Below are positions 56,016-64,000 of a stretch of DNA of 64,000 nt, in pieces. The stretch's first letter is position 1. Every line of letters starts with the position of its first letter. Both the position numbers and the translations under genes were made by a program. The notes beneath the pieces were generated by a model that saw nothing but the letters and a program-made list of their open reading frames with translations, did not search any database and had not been told where the DNA came from. Source of the stretch: Candidatus Eiseniibacteriota bacterium (GTDB lineage Bacteria; Eisenbacteria; RBG-16-71-46); contig CAVQXP010000004.1 in NCBI GenBank assembly GCA_963717935.1, positions 1,266,240 through 1,330,239 on the forward strand. The letters are read 5' to 3'.

Positions 56016-57404
56016 TGTTCCGCAAGGTCCTGGTGGCGAATCGGGGGGAGATCGCGCTGCGCGTCATCCGCGCCTGCCGCGAGCTCCGGATCTCGACCGT
56101 GGCCGTCTTCAGCACGGCCGACCGTGACAGCCTGCACGTGCGCCTGGCAGACGAGTCGGTGTGCATCGGGCCGCCCCCGCCGGTGCAGTCCTACAACCAC
56201 ATCGCGCGCCTGATCTCGGCTGCCGAGATCGCGGGCGCCGACGCCATCCACCCGGGCTACGGCTTCCTCGCCGAGAACGCGCACTTCGCCGAGGTCTGCG
56301 AGTCCTGCGGGTTCACCTTCATCGGCCCGACCGCCGAGATGATCCGCCGCATGGGCGACAAGATCGAGGCGCGCCGCACCATGAAGGACGCCGGCCTGCC
56401 GATCGTGCCGGGCAGCGAGGGCGCGATCCCCGACGTGGACGAGGCGGTGTCCCTGGCCCGCAGCATCGGCTTCCCGGTCATCATCAAGGCAGCGGCGGGT
56501 GGTGGTGGGCGGGGCATGCGCGTGGCATGGGACGAGAAGCAACTGCGCGTGGGCTTTGGCGTCGCGCAGGCCGAGGCGGGCGCGGCCTTCAGCAACAACG
56601 TGGTCTACCTGGAGAAGTTCATCGCCCGGCCGCGTCACATCGAGTTCCAGCTGTTCGGCGACACCCACGGCAATCTGGTCCACCTGGGCGAGCGCGAGTG
56701 CTCGGTGCAGCGGAACCATCAGAAGCTCATCGAGGAGGCGCCCAGCCCGCTCTTGACGGAGGAGCAGCGTTGCCGGATCGGCGCCCTCGCCGTGCGGGGC
56801 GCGCAGTCCATCGGCTACCGGGGCGCGGGCACCATGGAGTTCCTGTTCGACCAGGACGGCTCCTACTACTTCATGGAGATGAACACACGCATCCAGGTCG
56901 AGCACCCGGTCACCGAGGAGGTGACCGGGACTGGATCTGGTGAAGGAGCAGATCCTGGTGGCGGCCGGCGAGAAGCTCTCGGTCCGGCAGGAGGACGTGC
57001 GCTGGGAGGGGCACGCCTTCGAGTGCCGCATCAACGCCGAGGACCACGAGCACGGCTTCCGTCCGAGTCCGGGTGCGATCACCTACTTCTACCGCCCCGG
57101 CGGGCCCGGCCTGCGCATGGACAGCCACGTCTACACGGGCTACACCGTGCCGCCCTACTACGACTCGATGATCGGGAAGCTCATCGCGCGCGGGAAGGAT
57201 CGGCCCGAGGCGCTGCGCCGCATGGAGATCGCGCTCGAGGAGCTGATCGTGGAGGGCATCAAGACCACGATCCCCTTCCACCTCCTTGCGGTCCGCGACC
57301 CCGCCTTCCAGCGGGGCGATCTCGACACCCACTTCGTCGAGCGGTTGCTGGGGCCGAAGCCCGCACCGGCCGGAGCTGCCGCCACGGCCGCCGCGGCGCC
57401 CTAG
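56015..57404 (+). CDS. accC: Biotin carboxylase (indel near 56930)
   Basis: [35 protein letters not shown]; other frame YYDSMIGKL. Confidence 0.95.
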
Positions 57405-57415
57405 CCCGCCGCACC

Positions 57416-58105
57416 GTGCCGGCGCAGGTCTCCGTCCTGCTCACTCCCGCGGGCGGGGCCGTGCCCTCGCGGGCCACCGCCGTGGTGGTGGACGTGCTGC
57501 GCGCCACGAGCGTCCTCACGCTGGCGCGGTTGCACGGCGCGCGCGCCGTCCTGCCCGCGGGCACGCCCGAGGAGGCCCTGGCGCTTCGTGCCCGGCGCCC
57601 CGGCGCCCTGTTGTGCGGGGAGCGCGACGGGCGGCGGATCGCGGGCTTCCACCTCGGCAACTCACCTTTCGAGTACGGCTCCGAGGCCGTGGAGGGGCGT
57701 ACGCTCATCTTCGCCTCCACCAACGGTTCGCAGGCGCTGCTCGCCGCGCGTGGCGCACGGCGGCGCGTGCTCGGCGCCTTCGTCAACGCGAGCGCGGTTC
57801 TGGAGACGCTCGACGCGGACGAGGTGGTCGCCGTCGTGTGCTCGGGCAAGCAGGGCCACTACGCGCTCGAGGACGCGGCCTTCGCCGGCTGGCTGGTGGA
57901 GCGGCTGGCCGCGCGCGGCGCGCGCGTCACGGGAACCGCGGCCGCGTTCGCGCGCCGCACCGCCCCGCGCGACGCGGCCGACGTGCGCGCGCTGGTGCAG
58001 GGGGCGGCGCACGGGCGCTACCTGCGCTCGCTGGGGCCCGAGTTCGCGCGTGACGTGGAGTTCTGCGCGGGGCTCGATACGATCTCGCGGGCCTTCGAGG
58101 TCTGA
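57416..58105 (+). CDS. 2-phosphosulfolactate phosphatase (ComB family)
   Basis: [33 protein letters not shown]. Confidence 0.88.
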   Translation: MPAQVSVLLTPAGGAVPSRATAVVVDVLRATSVLTLARLHGARAVLPAGTPEEALALRARRPGALLCGERDGRRIAGFHLGNSPFEYGSEAVEGRTLIFASTNGSQALLAARGARRRVLGAFVNASAVLETLDADEVVAVVCSGKQGHYALEDAAFAGWLVERLAARGARVTGTAAAFARRTAPRDAADVRALVQGAAHGRYLRSLGPEFARDVEFCAGLDTISRAFEV

Positions 58106-58132
58106 GCCGGAGCCGACCCCGGCCCCCGTCGC

Positions 58133-59213
58133 CTACCGCTTCTGGGCCTGGGCCATCATGACGGCGCCCACCGCGCCGAAGACCAGGTCCCCCAGCCAGC
58201 CCGCCAGATACGGGTTCAGCGCGCCGCTGTGGCCCAGGGCCTGCCCGGTGCGCAGCAGGGCGTAGTAGCAGAAGGAGATGATGATCGAGAGCCCGAAGCC
58301 GAGCGCGGCGCTCTGCATCCGCAGGCGCGTGGCCACGGGCGCGCCGATGAGCACGACGATCAGGTTGACGAGGGGGAAGGCCAGCTTCACCTGCAGGTCC
58401 ACCAGGTAGTTCGCCACGCGTGCCCCGCTGGCGCGCAGCTTCTGCACGTAGGACCACAGCTCGAAGAAGTTCATCTCGCCCGGGTTGCGGCTCTCCTTGG
58501 CGAAGTCCGCGGGCTGCTCGACGATCCCGTTCACCGCCATGCGGTCGAAGGCCTTCACCTGCTCCCGGTTGCCCGAGAACCTGCGCAGGAAGCCCGAGGA
58601 GAACACCCATCGTGTTCCGTCCCAACTGGCCTCGGCGGCGTCGATGCGCCGCACCAGGGCGCCGCCGAAGAACTCCTGCAGCGAGACCTCGTGCATGCGC
58701 TGCTCGCCCACCAGGTACAGCCGCATGTAGAAGATGCGGCCGCCCTCGCCGAGATAGGTGACGTCGGCCCGCTCGGTCACCTGGCGGCGCCGCATGCCCT
58801 GGATCTCCTGGTCGTAGATCGCGTCCCGCTGGCGGTTCGTCTCCGGCACGACGGATTCGCTCAGGGCCAGGGAGAACAGCGTGGAGGCGACGGACACCGC
58901 CAGCACCGGCGCGAGGATGCCGCATCAGCGAGCGTCCGGACGTGCGCATCGCGGTCAGCTCGCCGAACTTGTTGAGCTGGCCGAGCGCGAGGAAGGTGGC
59001 CATCAGGAGCGCGATGGGCAGCACCTGCACCAGCCATTCGGGCAGACGGTAGAGGTAGTAGCGCCCGATCAGCGGGAAGGCGGCGTGGTGGTCGAGGAAC
59101 ACGTCGATCTTCTCGAACACGTCCACCACCACGAAGATGGCGAGGATGCCGACGAGCCCGAGGGCGAGGTAGCCGGCGAACTCCCGAAGCAGGTAGCGGT
59201 CGAGGATCTTCAC
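58133..59213 (-). CDS. lptG: LPS export ABC permease LptG (indel near 58915)
   Basis: KILDRYLLREF, GELTAMR, KLAFP; paired with lptF. Confidence 0.88.
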
Positions 59214-60640
59214 GCGGGCGGTCCTCCTCCGGGTGGGCCCGCGGGCAGTGCCTCCCGGGAGCCTTCGCGCCAGCGGCCCCAGGACGTCGCGCGGGGGGCC
59301 CGGGGCCGCCAGACCTCGATCGAGCGCAGGGTGGCCAGCAGGCCCCAGGTCCCGAGTGCCAGATTCGGGAGCCACATGGCCAGCCAGGGCGGCAGCAGCA
59401 GCCGGTTGGCCAACTCCTCGCCACCGACCAGGCAGAGATAGTAGAAGAGGAAGAACGCCACCGAGACGAAGGCCACCGCGGGGCCCGCGCGCCGCACGCG
59501 CATGCCGAGCGGTGCCCCGATGAAGACGAACACCACGCAGGCCGCCGGCAGCGAGAACTTCTTGTGGATCTCGACCGAAAGCGAGCCCGCCCGCCGCTCG
59601 AGCGCCTCGCGCTCCATCCGCCAGAGCTCCAACTCGATCCGCACCTGGGGGTTCTCCTGCTGCACGCGCTCGAGCATCGGGTTGCCGCCAAACAGCGCCC
59701 GCAGGGTCGTGGCCACCCGCGCGTCCCACGAGAGCCCGGCGGGGATCACGGCCTCCAGGTCGCGGGCGGTGAGCCCGTAGGTGGCGAGGTGCTCCAGGTG
59801 CTGGGCGGTCGAGCGCTGATCCTGCTCGATCACCCGTTGCCGCTCCTGCGCGAGCTGGCCGGCGCTCATCTCGCGATCGCTGCGCGCTTCGCGTACGCTG
59901 CGCTCCAGGATGGCGCCCGCGCCCTGGATGTGGATGATGTGGGTCTTGAAGACCATGCGCCGGTACTTCCGCGGGCCGCCCTCGTCGGCCGGGATCTCGT
60001 GGATCTCCCCGTCCTTCAGTTCGAGCACGGCCGTGCGGCCGTCGGGCGTGTAGGTCAGGAAGCCGCGGTTGGCCAGGATGAGGTTGGGGGGACCGCCGGC
60101 GTTCATCTGGTAGATGGTCACACCCCGCATCTCGTTGGTGCGCCCGTTCACGGACTGGACCAGCAGGTTGTAGCCCGGGAAGTCGGTGATGAAGACTCCC
60201 TCCTGGAGCTTTACCGTGGGCCGCATGCGGCCGATGTCGATGAGCAGGTTGGCGAAGGCATGGTTGGACTCGGGCAATACCCGGTCGTTGAAGAACGTGA
60301 GGCCCGCCGCCAGCAGCGTGGCCGCCAGCAGCGGGCCGACGAGGATGGAGGCCAGGTTGACGCCGCTGGCGCGCAGTGCGGTGATCTCGTTGTCCTGGGA
60401 GAGGCGGCCGAAGGTCATCAGCACGGCTACCAGGACCGCGCAGGGCACCGACAGCGCCACGATGTAGCCCAGGGAGAGCAGGAAGAGCTGGAGCACCGCC
60501 AGGGGGGCCACGCCCCGGTTGATCACCAGGTCCAGGTAGTCGAACAGGACGTCCATCTCGAGGATGAACGTGACCACCCCGAAACCCAGCAGTAAGGGAA
60601 CCAGATGCTGCTTCAGGATGTACCAGTGGAGGATACGCAT
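59210..60640 (-). CDS. lptF: LPS export ABC permease LptF
   Basis: RILHWYIL, FGRLSQDNEITALRASG, EIHKKFSLP. Confidence 0.9.
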   Translation of the reverse strand: MRILHWYILKQHLVPLLLGFGVVTFILEMDVLFDYLDLVINRGVAPLAVLQLFLLSLGYIVALSVPCAVLVAVLMTFGRLSQDNEITALRASGVNLASILVGPLLAATLLAAGLTFFNDRVLPESNHAFANLLIDIGRMRPTVKLQEGVFITDFPGYNLLVQSVNGRTNEMRGVTIYQMNAGGPPNLILANRGFLTYTPDGRTAVLELKDGEIHEIPADEGGPRKYRRMVFKTHIIHIQGAGAILERSVREARSDREMSAGQLAQERQRVIEQDQRSTAQHLEHLATYGLTARDLEAVIPAGLSWDARVATTLRALFGGNPMLERVQQENPQVRIELELWRMEREALERRAGSLSVEIHKKFSLPAACVVFVFIGAPLGMRVRRAGPAVAFVSVAFFLFYYLCLVGGEELANRLLLPPWLAMWLPNLALGTWGLLATLRSIEVWRPRAPRATSWGRWREGSREALPAGPPGGGPPA

Positions 60641-60776
60641 GGCTGCGCAGCCTACCTCATGGGTCGGGACGGGAGCGACGGATTTCCTTCGATGGCCTTT
60701 GACCGGCAGGGGTTCCCCTGCTAGGGTCACCGGCTGCGCCTCCTCCCACGGGGGCGCAGCCGTTTAGGCTGCCTGC

Positions 60777-63700
60777 ATGCTGACCGCTCTTCCGGCCCTC
60801 CTGTTGTTCATCGGGTTTCCCCATTTCGGGCTGAAGCCCAGCCGCCCGGCGTCCCCCGCGGACTCTCTCCCGCCGGCCTGGAAGAGCGCGTCCCGGCTGG
60901 CGCTGGAGGACCAGTTCGTCCTGGGCGCCCTGCGCCCCCTTCGGCTGCGCTCCCCGGGCCTGCGGCTGAACCTCGACCCGCGCTCGCTGCGGGTGACCAT
61001 GGACCCCGACTCCGGCACGGTGAGCACGTCCACGCGTCTGGGCGAGATCCCCCTGGGCCCGGGCGCGGCTCGCTCGCTCTCGGCTTTCTCCCGCGAGACC
61101 GGCCGGCTCACCTTCGAGCGGTTGTGGCTCGAGACCTCCACGCGGAACCTCAACGTCAAGGCGCAGGGCTCTGGCCGCGGGGCCTCCACGACGGGGCTCT
61201 CCTTCAAGCTGCCCTCGCCGCTGCCGGCGCGCGTGCAGAACCTGCTCGGGCCCGGCGGTCCGGCGCTGAACGTCTCCGGTTCCGAGAACATCCGGCTTTC
61301 GGGGCAGAGCGACTGGAGCAACCAGCAGGTGGGTCTGCTGGGCCAGCGGCGCTCGCTGTTCCCGACGCTGAACATGCAGCAGGACCTGGACATCCGCCTC
61401 GAGGGGCAGCTCTCCGATCGCATCAAGGTCAACCTGCTGCAGAACTCCGCCAACCAGATCCCGCTCGCCAACCGGATCGCCATCAACTACCGCGGCGATG
61501 AGGACGACCTGGTCCAGGCGCTCGACCTGGGCAACACCAGCCTGACGTTGCCGGGCACCCAGTACGTCTCCTACAGCGGCCGCAACGAGGGCCTGTTCGG
61601 CGTCAAGGCGGCGCTGCGCTACGGCCTGCTCGACTTCACGATTCTGGCGAGCAAGCAGGAGGGCAAGAGCGAGCGCGCGAGCTACGCCGGGGGCGCCTCG
61701 AAGCAGAACCAGACCCTGAACGACTTCGACTACGTGCGCGGGACCTATTTCTTCCTCTACGACCCCAGCACCCCGACGCTCGACATCGAGGACGCCAGCA
61801 TCGTGCTCTACCGTGACAACGCGGACTACACCAGCAACGTGAGCACGGTGCGCGGCCGGGCGCTGGTGGATCCGACCCTGGGCCCGGGCACGGCGCCCGA
61901 CACGGCGGCGGTGCTCGGCCTCTTCACGCAGCTGACGGCCGGGGCGGACAAGGACTACGAGATCCTGCGGGACATCTACGGTCCGAACTTCAAGGTCATC
62001 CGGCTCCGGCGCCAGATGGTGGGAGACCAACGCCTGGCCGTGACCTATCGTCGGCGCCCGGCGGGTTCGACGGGGCCCTACGAGCAGGTGGGGAGCACCG
62101 GGCTCGTGGACGACCTCGATGGGGTGCCGACCATCCAGATGAAGCTGCTGCGCGCGCCCGCCAACCGGCTCGTGCCGGACTCCACCGGCGTCAGGTTCGA
62201 GATCGGACCCTGCCCGGGCGCCATTCAACGCGACGCGGGAGCTCGAGCTCAGGAACTTCTACCAGCTCGGCGGCCAGCGCATCGACCCCGGCACCATCAA
62301 GCTCAACGTCCGCCAGGGCTACTCCGATCCGCCGCACTACTCCGAACCCGATGCGCCCGGGATCCCCTACATCGAGATGCTGGGCCTCGACAACTACGAC
62401 GAGTCCGGGGGGTCGGCGGTGCGCGGCGCCCACGACAACCAGGTGGACGGCACGGTGGTGACCTCGAACATGCGCGCCTTCGTGGACTTCGAGAACGGCG
62501 TCCTGTTCCTGCCCGACCCGCGTCCCTTCGCGCCGCGGCTCGGCCCGGACGGGAAGGCCTTCGACCGCGCGGTCAGCGACCTGCTCTCGCGGCGCGACTC
62601 GCTCATCGGATCCCCCGACCCCCACTCCAGCGCCGCCGGCCTGGAGCAGAACGCCTCCAATCCCGCCATCTACGACGACTACAACCCGCGCCGCGACCTC
62701 GCGCTCGAGTTACTTCATCGACGTGGAGTTCACCGCGGCGATGGCCCAGGGCGAGATCATGCTGGGGCGCGGCAATCTGCTCGAGGGCTCCGAGGTCGTC
62801 TCGGTGGGCGGCGAGCAGTGGGTGCGCGACAAGGACTACACGATCGACTACGACCTCGGCCGCCTCACGCTCAAGCGCCAGTTGCCCGCCCGGCGGCCAG
62901 CTCAGCGTGAACTACTCCTACGCCCCGCTCTTCCAGCAGGCCGGCCGCACGCTGGTCGGGAGCGCCTTCCGCCTCGAGGGGCGCGAGAAGAGCCTTGGCG
63001 GGGCCTTCATGTACGAGAGCAAGGGCGCGCAGGACCTGCGTCCGCGGCTGGGGGAGGAGCCCTCGCGCAGTCTCATCACCGACCTCAACACCGAATGGAC
63101 GTTCCACCCGGACTGGATGACCCGGATGGTGGACCGCCTGCCCGGGATCCGCACCACCGCCCCCTCGAGTTTCCACGTGCAGGCCGAGATGGGCATGTCG
63201 CTTCCCCAATCCCAACACCCGGAACGAAGTCTTCATCGACGACATGGAGGGGGTGCGCGACGCGGTCTCCCTGGCCATGATGCAGGAACGCTGGCACTGG
63301 GCGAGCCCGCCGCTGCTCAAGCTGGTGACGGGCACGGAGATACCGATCACGGACCCGGACGTGAAGACGAACTTCGAGACCTACGGCCTCCACGCCACCG
63401 AACTGCACTGGTACTCGCCGCCCAACTACGTCAGGGAACGCGACCTCAAGCCCAATCTCATCGACGCCCAGGGCGCGCTCAACCCGCACCAGGTGCTGTG
63501 CCTGAGCGTGCCGCGCCGGCCGCGCGGGGCGATCAGCGATTCCACCCGGCTGTGGGCGGGCGTGGGCTACGTGCTCGACCAGGTGGGCCTCGATCTCTCC
63601 CGCTCCCAGTTCATCGAGCTGTGGGTGAACGACTTCCGCGACCAGCATGCCGCGGATGGGTTGGGCCGCGTGCGCGGGCGCCACGTCCAGCTCCACGTGG

Positions 63701-64000
63701 ATCTGGGCACGATGAGCGAGGACCAGATGCGCTCGCCGGACCAGCCGCCCAACGGTCTGCTGGACAGTGAGGACAAGGCCCGCGACAACGTGCTCACGGT
63801 GGAAGAGGACACGGGACTCGACGGGTTGATGAACCCCGACTCGAGCCGGGTGCGCGACCTGGTCACCTCGAACGGGACGGATCCCGAGGGCGATGACTTC
63901 CATCCGCCGGAGGAAATCGTGACCCGGGAGGAGGACAAGTCCATCGACCCGCGCAACTGGGTGTCGGTGAACGGCACCGAGGGCAACCGCACCATCAACC
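60777..64000 (+). CDS. sprA: SprA/Sov-like T9SS outer-membrane translocon (runs off the right edge; indels)
   Basis: INYRGDEDDLVQALDLGN.SL, GLFGVK, ASKQEGK, ELRNFYQL, KDYTIDYDLG, RPRLGEEP, FIDDMEG, QFIELWV, DLGTMSED, EDTGLDG resemble the SprA N-terminal region. Confidence 0.8.

Noticed and set aside
56015-58105. AccC fused to phosphosulfolactate phosphatase (696-aa ORF in the track)
   Set aside because: Artefact of an indel near 56930; the real AccC C-terminus is in another frame and ends at 57404.

Overview
A very GC-rich bacterial chromosome segment. The SprA homologue, the FlgD/T9SS-like C-terminal domains and a C-terminal TWGRLKxxYR motif suggest an FCB-related candidate phylum such as Ca. 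Eisenbacteria; this is inference, not a database result. Most of the window is housekeeping: TonB-dependent receptor, selA, smc, ftsY, radC, archease, heptose kinase and adenylyltransferase, sucCD, ndk, rpmF-plsX-fabD-fabG-acpP-fabF-rnc, ECF sigma/anti-sigma/HtrA, aroB-aroQ-accB-pilT-accC, lptFG and sprA. Many genes right of 37.9 kb carry 1-bp indels that look like assembly errors. Two regions stand out. (1) An integrase-free accessory array at about 11.4-24.8 kb is built around one intact comM gene. Its 3' third is duplicated (437 bp, diverged, with a synonymously recoded AT-rich patch in the intact copy). Its promoter plus 5' end is also duplicated (201 bp, 1 mismatch). These repeats bracket cargo of secreted proteases, paralogous lipoproteins and an HTH gene, and two IS3-family elements sit in the array. 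(2) A candidate sigma54-dependent small RNA at about 46527-46647 (minus strand) has a -24/-12 promoter, three palindromic enhancer-like sites and a GNRA terminator, directly downstream of an NtrC-family activator gene.
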